Shown here piece after piece: positions 13,310 through 23,820 of a DNA stretch of 64,000 nucleotides. How positions within the stretch are numbered: position 1 is the first letter of the stretch; the number at the start of each line of letters is the position of its first letter. The notes under the pieces were generated by a model, which saw only the letters and a list, made by a program, of their open reading frames with translations, searched no databases and was not told where the DNA came from. Origin of the DNA: Lama glama (lineage: Eukaryota); the NCBI GenBank assembly GCA_028534125.1, contig CM052820.1, forward strand, positions 1,488,001 through 1,552,000. Reading direction: 5' to 3'. A program made the translations under genes and the position numbers.

Positions 13310-13555
13310 GGAGAACAGAAAAGTAATATAAATAAGCCATTACTGTAATTGGGAAAATACTAATGATTTAATTTGCATATGTGGCTGAAGCGTTTTTTTA
13401 TGACTGCCTTGATAATGCAAGACAGGCTGAGTATCACAAATGCAAGCAAATAAAGAAATCCATTAATTCTCCTATTCATTTTCTAAAAAAATGGTATTCC
13501 CGGCTTTTACACTGACAGTTTAATAATTAGGGTGCCTAATTTTAATCTGTTACGT
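13310..13555. promoter_or_regulatory. Candidate enhancer: AT-rich non-repeat island with POU/homeodomain/TALE motifs
   Basis: TAATTTGCAT 13369-13378, TGACAG 13513-13518, TAATAATTAG 13521-13530 and several other TAAT/ATTA cores, within GC-rich surroundings. Confidence 0.45.
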
Positions 13556-14751
13556 GGGTGCGTGCCCTGCCTAGCTTAGGAAACCAGCTCCTGTCGGTGT
13601 GATTCTGCCAGGAAGAGTACAGAGATCTGGGGAACCTCGGGTGAGATCAGAGCCTGTCGCTCGTGGGGCCGTGTGAGCCCCGCAGCTCTTGGTCTGCTTT
13701 GGGGCCTGAGCAGCCTGAGGGAGCCAGCCTCAGACGCAGGAGCTTGGGACTGAGTGGTGGCTTCAGAGAGAGGCGCAGGTGCTGGAGGCTGCTTCAGGGC
13801 TCCCGCCCCGAGGTGATCTTGATGTCGCCAGAGCCAAGGTTGAGAAACCCTCTTGTCACCACGTGCAGAATCCTGGCATTTCTTTAAACTGTAAAGTAAA
13901 TGGCCCTGCATTTGGATCAGAATGAATTTGGTTCCACTGCACAGTCAGTCATATAACTTAAACTGTAATTTTGAAGCCACTTGGGGACCTGTTACACACA
14001 TCACTTGCCAAGTTGGGGTGAGGAAATAAGTCAGCTTTCACTTGCCTTTTTTTGCATGTGAGTAAAATGTACCTTTATTCTCTCCTTTCCTTTTATATTC
14101 ACTTCGCTTTCACATTTGAAGAATGGGTTTTGATTCCCCAGAACTTAGGTTTTCCTAGCCAGAGCGTGTTTTGCATGCAGATGTAGTCGGAGATAACAAG
14201 GAGGCATGTTTGTGCTGTAGTGACTACATAAAAAGAAAGGATGTACTGAATCGTAAATTGCAGTTTTAGAACCTGCTGAAACCAAGTGCGAGGGTCTTTT
14301 GTCTCCCGCTGCAGCTCCCGGGCTCCAGGTTTTCTTTGTAACTTACCCTTACCCTCCGTCCTTTGGTCTGCTTCCTTCACAGTAACTTTGCTTGTCCATC
14401 ACATGTCAGGTGACAGCTCCGTCACCGCAGATTTACTTCATGATGTGAGTGCAGGGTTGGGGGCGCTTCAGTCACTTTCAGTCACTTTCTCAGGTTGTCA
14501 CACAGACGTCTGTTTGCTCTGTCGCATCCTGGCCTGGGACAGGCCGCTGGTGAGTAGTAAGGAAGTAGCCGCTGCGTGCGGGGCAGTTGAGACCTGTGCG
14601 TTTCCGTAGCTTCTGCAGCGGGCTTGCAAGGCTCAGTGGAGGAGGACACCCAGCACGCTTCTGTGAGGTTGGGGCCAAAAAGGGAACTAGTCCATGTGAT
14701 AAGAGATTTGGGCCGTTCGCTGGACATGTGTGTCCATCCAGCTTTTGAAGA

Positions 14752-14912
14752 AATTATTTTTAATCATAGGAAACACATAACTTCAAATTTACCATCTTAA
14801 CCGTTTCTAAGTGTGCAGTTCAGTGGTGTCAGGTGAATTCGCGTTGCTGTGCAACCGACCTCCAGAACTTCTCCAGCTTGTGGGCCTGGAACTGCCTGTT
14901 AGACATCAGTTC
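14752..14912 (-). mobile_element. L1MA/L1MB 3' end fragment
   Basis: AAATTTACCATCTTAACCGTTTCTAAGTGTGCAGTTCAGTGG..CTCCAGAACTT is the antisense of an L1MA9/MB-type 3' end. Confidence 0.75.
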
Positions 14913-15778
14913 TGCCAGACCTTTTTGAAGACAGGCTGTTCTTATTGTAGCATTTGCCAGCTCTGAAGGAGAAGATGGGAAGAGATAAATGTTTATACAA
15001 GCTATGTATACATTGCAGATACAGAAGAGATCTGTATCCATACATGTCACGCTAACGTTACACAGAATGTAATATACAACCTAACGTACTGTGTCTTGAG
15101 TTAATGCAACATTAACTGTGTACCATGTACATGTGCACACGTGATTTACAAGGAGCTTCTGGAGACAGCTGTGGGTTCGCTGTAGGACTCTCGCCCTCTT
15201 ACAGCACGATTTCTCCTCATTCTTGTGGTCCAGATTCTCAGGCCTGACCAGGTCGTTCTCCGTCCCTCAGCGACCTGGCTCGTGGGCGCCAGCTTGGCCT
15301 GTGCTGTGTCCGAGACCCCACCTCCCACCCCGCTTTGCACGCCTGGCCTCCCAGCCCAGGGACGCCGTCCTGTTCCCGCTGGTGACGAGCCTGCAGGCCT
15401 GGGTCCTGCCGGGTCCCCCCAGCGCCCTCCAGCCTGGAGCCTTGGGTCTGAGCCCTCCTCCCCCGCCACGCCCAGTGCCCCAGAGCCAGGCCCGTCAGCA
15501 CCTTGTTTTGGGGGCTCATTCTATCCTCCCTCCTTTCCTGAGGCTCAGAGGGTCTTGGGGTCTCAGTAGAGAGGGTGGCTGAGTGGCCCTGCAGCTGATG
15601 GGAGCCCCGAGGAAGGGCGGCACCCCGCCTGGGGGCTCAGCCAGGCCACTGAGAGCCTGAAGGCCAGGGCAGGGTCCCCAGTGGAGGTGGCGGGGGGCAT
15701 CTGGGCAGAGAAGAGGCCCCAGCAGGAGCTGGCGGCCCGAGAGCAGGTGGGTGCTGGGCACTTGTGTGGCCCTGGAGC

Positions 15779-15998
15779 TCAGGCTCTACCCCGAGGGCTG
15801 GGTAGCGGGCTTGGGGGGGCTCCCAGGGGAGCTGAGGGGCACGAGGTGGGCTGGAATTGGAGTTCGGGGCCTGCAGAGGGGCCTGGGGTGAGTGGGGTTC
15901 TACCATCGTGGAAGTGTCTGAGGTCGTGTGCCCTGATAATCGCCACCATATCGAGTGTCACTGCATTTTCTCTTTTCCGTTGTCTGTGGTGCTCGCAC
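15779..15998 (-). CDS. Candidate terminal coding exon of an uncharacterised antisense gene
   Basis: Minus-strand acceptor cccaccccacccccatag|G (AG at 16000-15999), phase 2, matching the upstream donor. Reads (G)CEHHRQRKRENAVTLDMVAIIRAHDLRHFHDGRTP..PRGRA to TGA at 15781-15779. Confidence 0.55.
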
Positions 15999-16175
15999 CT
16001 ATGGGGGTGGGGTGGGGGGCAGGACTTGTGGGACTCCTGGCCGCCCCGCCCCGGCCCCAGCTGCTGTCCTCGCATCCGTCCCCTGAGCACACGTGTGGCC
16101 TCCTCCCCCCGGCTCCTTCCCGAGGCCCAGCTTCCCCAGACTGCCCCCTTGGCTCCCCCCATCATAGACACTTAC

Positions 16176-16495
16176 CCTTTGGGGCTCCCTGTCCCCTTTA
16201 CGCTGCTTCCCTGTTGGGCTGTGTTCCTTCTGAGTCCGTCTCTGTCTTCTCTGGACCCCAGACGCATCCTCGGTGCCACCCCTCCTCCCGCCCCCCAATG
16301 CTGGGCCTGGCGCTGCAGCTTCTCGAATGCACTGAGTGAGTGGTTAGGCCGAGCACGGGGCCATTCCCTCTGGGATGAAGGAGGGAGAAGGAGCAGGTCC
16401 CTGGGCAGCTGGACGGACGCTGGTGTCTGCAAAGGCTTGCTTCTTTCTTGTTTGGTTTTGAAAGGCAGTTTCAGCCGAGGCCTAACTGTCTGCCT
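16176..16495 (-). CDS. Candidate internal coding exon (320 nt) of the same gene
   Basis: Acceptor ctctccttggccttgacag|AGG (AG at 16497-16496), phase 0. Donor AAAGG|GTAAGT (GT at 16175-16174), phase 2. The frame opens immediately after a TGA at the acceptor and closes at the TAA inside the donor. Confidence 0.6.
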
Positions 16496-16850
16496 CTGTC
16501 AAGGCCAAGGAGAGGGTGAGCTGCAGGTGCACTCGAGTGAGAGAGGGGGCCTGGGGACCTGGCTCTGTGACTGCTCCTCATCCCCCAGGTTCCCAGGGCC
16601 CCCACCCTTGCTCTCCCTGGCCCGACTGCTCTGGGCCCTCCTAGCCCTCATCGCCCCACGTGTCGCATCTGCTGCCCGCCTCCTTCTGGAATCACGAGGC
16701 CCAGAGCCGCCGCTTATGACTGAGGGCCGCCTTCCCTTCTGTGGACACTCGGGCGGTGGCCTGGCCAGGTCCGTGCCCCCAGGGCCGCCATGTGTCCCTC
16801 TGTTTCATGGAGATGCAGCTGTGACAAGGTTGTGTGCATTTGGAGCGTAC

Positions 16851-17093
16851 GTGTTGTGAAGTGACTGCCACCATCAGCTTAATCAACGCGTCCATCACCT
16901 CACGCAGGTACCTTCTGTCTGTGAGGAGAATGCTTAGGACTCCCCGCAGCGAATCCCCGGTGAGGGACAGCAGCGTCACCACCTGGTGCGTCAGGTCCTC
17001 CGGCTCATCCATCTCATAACGGAAAGGCTGTGCCTTTGGCCAGCATCCCCTCGTGTCCCCTTCCCGGCCCCTGCCGGCCGTTTTCCTAACCAT
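16851..17093 (-). CDS. Candidate 5' coding exon of the same gene (5' boundary uncertain)
   Basis: ATG at 17093 or 17012 (GAGATGG, good Kozak context). Encodes MDEPEDLTHQVVTLLSLTGDSLRGVLSILLTDRRYLREVMDALIKLMVAVTSQH with mostly G/C-ending codons. Donor CAC|GTACGC (GT at 16850-16849), phase 0. Confidence 0.55.
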
Positions 17094-17554
17094 CACTCAG
17101 GGCTGGCCACTTGGGCTGTTTTCAGGGACACTGAGTGGAGCTGAGTGGTATCAGGTCTCAGACCAGTGAAACGACCAGGAGGCAGAGGGGGAGCACCTGG
17201 GCTCTGTCTGGTCCGTGGCCGATCGCCGTTAATCACCTCTGCTGGGCCGCTGGGCATGGCTGCTGGGCGGTCACAGGTCCTGCCGGGGCCGGTGGAAGGC
17301 ACGGGCACGCCCCTCAGGGCCAGCATCTCCTGACTGTCGGGGCACGCAGTGATGCTGTCTGGAAGGTTCTGCCAAGGGGGCCTTGACCAGACGTGCCTTC
17401 CCTGGGAGCAGGAGCGGGGTCTTCAGAACTTGGAGCCAGGGCGCCAGGCGCACTGGTCCTGTGTCGCTGATGAGAAGCATCACACCGTCCTGTTTCTCAC
17501 TTGCTTTTAGGGCCTCGCTCTGAGTTTCTCTGAAACTGTAGGAGCGTCCCCTCA

Positions 17555-18060
17555 CTTTGGTGTTGGGAAATTTCATAATGTGGGACTTTAAAAATGTCTC
17601 CCAGTTGGCACAAATGGGACTCCTTGTGAGGTCTTGTCCTGTGCTCATCAGGAGGATGTTTCCTCCTCTTCTGTCACCACCGCCACCACCGTCATCGCCT
17701 TCCGGCACCTCTGTCTCTGGTTCCCCGTTGGTGGAATTCCTATGCCTCCACTTAGGGCCACGAACGTTGTTCTCTGAGATTTACTCGGCTCCGTCCCCCC
17801 ATTTCTCGGGGCAGTTTTGTCTCGGGCTCACCGCCCTGTTTCCAGCGCCCCCCGTGGCCCGGCCGTCCCTCTCACGCCGTGGTCGGTGCTGGGCTTTGCG
17901 TCGGTGCTTCGTGCTCCCTGTCACTTGTCAGAGGTGCTCCAGGTACCTTGGTTTCCTCTGACTCAGTTGTTCTCTTTGTCTTGGTTGTGTGTGTTTTTTT
18001 CCTTGCTTCCCCTTGACCTTCGACGGCTAGAGAACTGTCTGTTCATATTTAAGGATGAGG
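17555..18060 (-). mobile_element. Possible highly decayed L1 5'/ORF1-region fragment
   Basis: TGGGAAATTT..GGGACTCCT..CTGAGATTT..CTGTCTGTTCATATTTAAGGATGAGG resembles antisense L1ME sequence; weak similarity. Confidence 0.35.
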
Positions 18061-18154
18061 AGAAGATAAGTTCCAGCTGGATTCAAGGTGCATGTGGAAA
18101 AAGTAAAACAGGAGGGATCACCCTCCTTGTTGGTCCAGGGTCCCCAGAAGCTGC

Positions 18155-18800
18155 AAAGGACACATTTGACAGGATAAAATTTAAGACTTTTGATTGGGTA
18201 AAGATGCTAGCAACAAAGTCAAGGAGTAAATAAGAATTTTTGGATAACACATGTAACACTGACAGATAAAGAATGGCGTCTCTGTTATCCAGAGGCGCCT
18301 TAGACACTGGAGAGAAAGACACGTTTAGAAACTGAACACAGACTGGGCAGCAGAGAGCAGGTCAAAAGGAGGAGGTGCGCAGACTCCCCCTTGGCGTCCC
18401 GGGAGCTGCAGACGCAGGTGGAGCGTGGGAGGGGTGTCACAGAGCAGGTGGTCTCGGTGTGGGGGGCGATGCGGGGAAACGGTAACCTCAGGAGGGACTG
18501 GAGGGGGCGGCAGTGGTGGCGCCGCTGGAGATCATCCCGCTGACTTTTGCTGAAGTGGGAAGCAACACAGACCCTGGACTCGGCCTCCACTCCGGGACCG
18601 TGCTTCTCGGGGGCCCGAGCACCAGCACGCGAGGGTGTCTGCGCCGCGCCGTCCCGGGAGTGAACTGCTTGGAACGAAGTCTGTGCCCTTCAGGAAGGGA
18701 GTGGTTGGCTAAGTTTTGGGACATCCGCATGGTGGGACAGTCCCAGAAGTATTGTTGAATGAGAAAAGATATGAGAAATCTCTGTGATCAAATCTCATTT
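18155..18800 (+). mobile_element. Old L1 (L1ME-like) 3' fragment
   Basis: ACATTTGACAGGATAAAATTTAAGACTTTTG..CAAAGTCAAG..TGACAGATAAAGAAT resembles the L1 ORF2 C-terminal region; increasingly GC-drifted toward the right. Confidence 0.55.
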
Positions 18801-18849
18801 TTGTGAGACAGACCTAGGGGCGGGGTGTGTGTATCTTTGTGTATAATCT

Positions 18850-18850
<1 letters not shown>

Positions 18851-18892
<42 letters not shown>
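18851..18892. repeat. Compound microsatellite (TG)12(AG)9
   Basis: Directly visible. Confidence 0.95.
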
Positions 18893-18893
<1 letters not shown>

Positions 18894-20639
18894 AAGAAAA
18901 TGGAGAGAAGTATGGACTGTCCCCTTGCAAAGAGTACCTGTTGGGTTGTTCATGGTGAAGAGATGAAAAAGGAAGGAAAAGGCAATTGCTCAAAAATTAA
19001 AGCAGCATGTGTGCTCTCCGTTTCTGTAGACTGAACGCCTCTGTGCATTTATGCAGAAAAATGCAGAAAGAAGGTGCAGCCGGGGCTGCTGGCTGATGGG
19101 GCAAGTGGGCCCTGAGGTTGCAGAGTGAAGTGAGGAGTCATCTTCTGAAGGCAGAGGGGCCACCGTGGGTTTGCGGGTTCGTCTGGCTGTGGGAGCTGCA
19201 CCTGGGGAGATGGAGCACCCCTGTATGTCTTCGCCACGTCGTTACAATGTGTAGATTGGGGGAGGACCAGGAGGAAGACTCGCTTCGTAAAGGAGCTCGG
19301 GGAGCTAGAGGGGGTTCGATTCCTTCGACGCCTGCTCCCGTCTACCTGCGTCTCCGAGTGTTTGTGGAACTGTTGAAATCTGAGTGCCAGTGCCTCCCCA
19401 CCCCCAAGGATGCTTCGCTGTTCTGGGTTGTATCGGTTTCCTCCGTGGACCCCTCTTTAATGAGACAAGGGGACACACTTGCGCTCAGCTGCCCTCCCAG
19501 AGCACTGTGGTCACCACGCCAGGCCCCCTGCCCGCCTGTCCCTGCCCTGCCTCAGCTTTACACTTAAAAGTCAGCTCTCCGGGCCCCCGCCTGCCTAATT
19601 TCCTCTAAAATTATTTTATTTAGCAGCGAAGAAAACAAGTGTTGCTTTATCTGAGTGCTTTAGCCATTTGGACCCTTAATCTGAAGCGTTTACTTACGTG
19701 GATGCTTATCAATGAACAGACAGAGCCGTCTGGACGAGGGACCCAGAGAGCTGCGGAGGACTGATGCTGTGGTGCTCCCGACAGACAGCTGTTCCCGCGT
19801 GCGAGCGAGCGTGCGTGCCTGCGTGTCTGTGCGTGCGGGGCCCAGCCACCCTGGCTTCTTGCTCCCAGGGCCCGTCCCCTTTCTCCACTCCGTGTCTGGC
19901 CTTTGGGCCCCTCCAGGGAGGGTGATGGACAGTCGCCCTCTGCTCAGCAGAGCCTGCCCTGGCATGGCTCAGGTTTAGTGGAATTCCCGTGAGAGCACAC
20001 GAAAATGGAGTCTTCCCACGTTCAAGTAGAGAGCCTATTATGAAACTAAAATGTAAATCTGTCCCAACAAATTATGGGGAAAAAAATCTTGTCTTCTGCC
20101 ATCTACCAAAAATGACACTCTTACAAGACATAACTGCTAGACGTCACAGCCCGTGTTTCATTCAGGACGTCTGCTGAGCAAAGCAATACTACGTAGAAAG
20201 GGCTTGGAAAAGCACATGGTCAACAGTTTGTTTTCGGATTAAAGTGTATTTAAATGTAATCGTAATTCAGATTAACCATTTAATTGAAAAATATTTAAAA
20301 TTACTTCTGATACATTTTCCTATGTGATGCCCTGACTTAGGGCTCTTGGGACTCCCCGTGTGGCCCCTGGGTCTGAACTGCCCACCCTGTGTTTGCATCA
20401 TACACGTGGCCTCGTCCTGTGCAGTTCCTGTGAGGCTGCTGGGTTACTATTTCCCGTGTGCATGCTGGTTGTGAGAATACAGTAGCAAGAACTATAAAAT
20501 ATTTATCCATGGCCCAGGAAGTCAAAATAAAATGGTGCAGGCGGGATGGGTGAACCAAATCGGCATGATTTCCACTTTTTCTCTGATGCAAGATGGCCTT
20601 TGAGCACTTGACTCTGTGTCTGTCCTCTAGCCAGCAGTG

Positions 20640-22500
20640 TTCAGGTGGGTGAATTCCCAGCCTTTCGCCGCCTTTTCATTCGTGCCAGGATACGACCACA
20701 GCTGCAGCCTGCTGGTTCCTCCTGTCCACGCCCAGGGGAAGCCTGTTTTAGCTGCTAACAGCACGGATTCGTTTGAGCCAGTTTCTCATTTTAAACCCGT
20801 GGAGTCACAGTCTGTCTGTCCGTCCTGGCCCGAGTTGTCTCTGCTGTACGTCTGTGTTCCTGCTTCGGGGCACGCTTTGTCTATTCGCGTTGCTGGACAG
20901 CGTTCTCTGGGATGACCGTACGAGGATTCACTGTTTATTGATCCTTTCTGCTGCTGACGGACAGGCGGGAGGTTTCCAGCTTTCAGCGGCCGCAGACGGT
21001 GCTGCCGTGTCATCCCGTGCATGGCTCTGGGGAGCAGGTGCGTGCCTCTCTGCGGGCGCGTGCCTGGCGTGGCTCTGCAGGCAGCCCTCCTCCTAGTCCT
21101 TGCCTGCCGCACGCTCTCGAGGCGGAGTGAGCCTTCCCGCTGTTCCATCCTTGTTGGCACTGGGTTCTGCTCTGCTTTTAAATTGTAGCCACTGGGAGGA
21201 CCCCGTTGTGGCTTTAATCTGTATTTCCCTGTCATTACACAAGCGGAGCACCTCCTCAGATGGTGACTGACCGTTTGGAATCCTCTTTTGTAAAAGGTAC
21301 CTGTTCACAGGTTTTGCCCATTTTTCATTTGGGTTGTCTGCCTTTTTCTTAATGATTTGTGAGGATGATTTATTCTGGATTCCGGGCCCCGTTTGGTGTA
21401 CTGGTCATATTACCTCCTCTCTCGGTTGCTTTCTCACTCTTCTGCTGGCTTTTTGAATGAACTGAGGTTCTTAATTTTGATGCAGTATCATGTGTCATTT
21501 TCTTTCCTCTATTGTAAGTGCCTTAATTTTTTTTTACTAAATAGATTTAAGAACTCTCTCTCCCTGCAGATTTTTTTCTTTGTTCCTTTTCATCTGAGGC
21601 TTTCTTGTCTTACCTTCAACACTTAGGTCTGTGACCCGCCCCACACTGATTTCCTTGATGGTGTGCTGCCCAGGTCGGGGTTCATTTCTGTTCCCATAAA
21701 GACAGCAGTTGACTCAAACGCTGTTTATGGAAAAGACCAGACTGTTTCCCTGTGGATTTGGCGTGCAGCCTGTGTGCCTCAGGTTACTGTATTTGTGAGC
21801 GTCTTATTCTGGGATGTTCTGCTCCTTGTTTTGTCTGTTCTTGCAGTGTCTTTATTACATGGGTTTATAAGAAGTCTTCGTCTTTGGTAGTGTGCGTTCT
21901 CCAGGTTCGTTTCCCCTCAAATTGCCCTTCTGGGACCTTTGTACTTCTTGTAAAATTTAAAATGAACTATCAATTTTCAAAAAATTCTGGTGGGGTTTTG
22001 AATGAAGTCACATTGACTACCAGCTCGCACAGATTCGGGGGATGCTGACGTCGTGACCGTCTTGGGGCTTCAGCTTATGTACCTGGTATACTCCTCCATT
22101 TGTTTAGATCTTTACGTTTAATGCATCGCCGTTTAATGTGTAGAGCCCTCATCCGTTATCTGGTAGATTTAGCCCCGGATAGCTGCCAGCATTGGATGTT
22201 TGTGAATGGTATCTTTCAAAGCTCATTTTCTGTTTGTTTTTTGCCAGTGTGTAGAAATACAGTGGATTTTTGCATATCAAGACTGTACCCGGTGATCTTG
22301 TTAAATTTGCTTAGGAATTCTGATAGTTATTGGCAGATGGTTTTGGCTTCTCTGTGTATCCAGTATGTTGTCTGTGAATGGTACACAGACAGATTAGATT
22401 CCTTTCTAATCCTTGTGCCTTTCATTTCTTTGTCTTGCTTTGTTGCCCTGGCTAGCATCGCCAGTTTGGTGTTGAGTGGAAGTGATGGGGGGCGGCATCT
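20640..22500 (-). mobile_element. Old L1 (L1ME/MD-like) 3' fragment, antisense
   Basis: T-rich, with diagnostic phrases TTTAATCTGTATTTCCCTG, TTTTGCCCATTTTTCATTTGGGTTGTCTG, GTTCTTAATTTTGATGCAGT, GTAGAAATACAGTGGATTTTTGCATAT. Confidence 0.8.
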
Positions 22501-23499
22501 GACCTCTCCCTGGTTCTGGGAATGGCCCTCTGTGCCTCCAGCTGGTGGTCTGAGCACTTCGTCCTGCGCTGGGGAGCTGCAGGCTGGTGGCTCTCGGTTA
22601 CCTTTTCGGTCTAACAGCTGCCTGTTCCCCCGCCAGCCTGGAGGCTGAGGCCGCGTGGGGAGGGCTCTGAGCTCGGTCCTTCCTTGTCCGTGCGACGGGT
22701 GCAGGGGATTGCGGCGAGTGAGGAAACATGTCCGCTTGGCGCTGCCACGGTTCTTTGTGGTCGCTTAATACGATTTTTAAAAGAATGTTCTCGTAAGGAT
22801 TTATAGTTTCTGAGACTTCTACTCTTTGGAAGGTTTATAGCTTACTCCCTGAAATTAGGTCAACTGAAATTTCCAAGGGCAGCTGCAGGAGGGAAGAACT
22901 ATAGGTAATTCTAGATTCAAAATGTTTGGTGAAGGAAATACTAGCACACGCTTAGGCTGAGACAATGCGTTTAGTTTCACTTATTCTGTACAGAGAAGAG
23001 ATGAAAATAAAGAGATGTCTTTGTACAAGCAGATGCCTGGTGTCGGGGACTGCGTGACCATCGGAGTGACCACGCGTCTTCCGAAAGTGCTTGTAAGTCA
23101 GAATTGCAGATTCCTGGCCACTGCCCACCCTCCCAGACGTGGGCTTTCAGTTTATGTCGTAAATCAGGAAGGAACGAAATCATAAAAGCAGTTGCTTATA
23201 GTCATCATATGTTCAACATTTAATATTTATCAAAGTGTATAGAGATGTAGATAGAAATTTCAAGTGTTATTCATGAACACGCTCCAGGAACCTTAGCGCC
23301 TGTAATGTTTGAGCTCTTAACGCAATGTGTTATCTGTATGTTTTCTTAGAAAAGCAATAACCTACTGGTTAGTAAAGGGACATCGGATGGTTACATCAAG
23401 ATGAAAGGAACTGCTTCACAGTTGAATGTTATTTGATTAAAAGGTGAAACTCCTAGTGTACTTCTGTGCTGTGAACGTTGCATCGGGCCGTTCAGAGGA

Positions 23500-23820
23500 C
23501 TTCCGCCAGGAGACGCCGCTGGACGGGGACCGAGGAGGACACGGGCACAGGGCAGGCGGCTGTGCCGCTAGGTTGCGCTGAGCGAGCATTAAGGAGTTTG
23601 CTCTCACCGCGGGGTCGGGGTGGGCTCCCTTCGCTCATCAGGTGTTAACTGAGGTTTCAGCTGTGGACCAGTCTGCTCCTCGCGCCGTCCTCGCGGCCCT
23701 GCGGCCGCCCTGGCCGGGGCGTCCCGGGGCCGAGCCGGCTCGGAGTCTCCCGCTGCTCTGCCCTCCCAGCCGTGGCTGCAGCCGCCGCGGCCCCCTCGAG
23801 GCTGTGCGCGTTTCTGGAAT
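23500..23820. promoter_or_regulatory. Small CpG-island-like segment
   Basis: CTCGCGCCGTCCTCGCGGCCCTGCGGCCGCC..GCCGCCGCGG; very high CpG density next to an AT-rich non-repeat block. Confidence 0.45.

Noticed and set aside
15900-15998. Superficial resemblance of CEHHRQRKRENAVTLDMV to histone H4 TEHAKRKTVTAMDV
   Set aside because: Too short and gapped, and the rest of the histone fold is not contiguous.
15681-16859. Longest ORF in the track (392 aa, + strand)
   Set aside because: GTG start with no early ATG and low-complexity composition. It overlaps the better-supported spliced minus-strand model, so it is most likely a GC-rich shadow ORF.
17271-17708. 145-aa minus ORF next to the candidate gene
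   Set aside because: Partly overlaps a probable decayed L1 and is separated from exon 1 by several in-frame stops.
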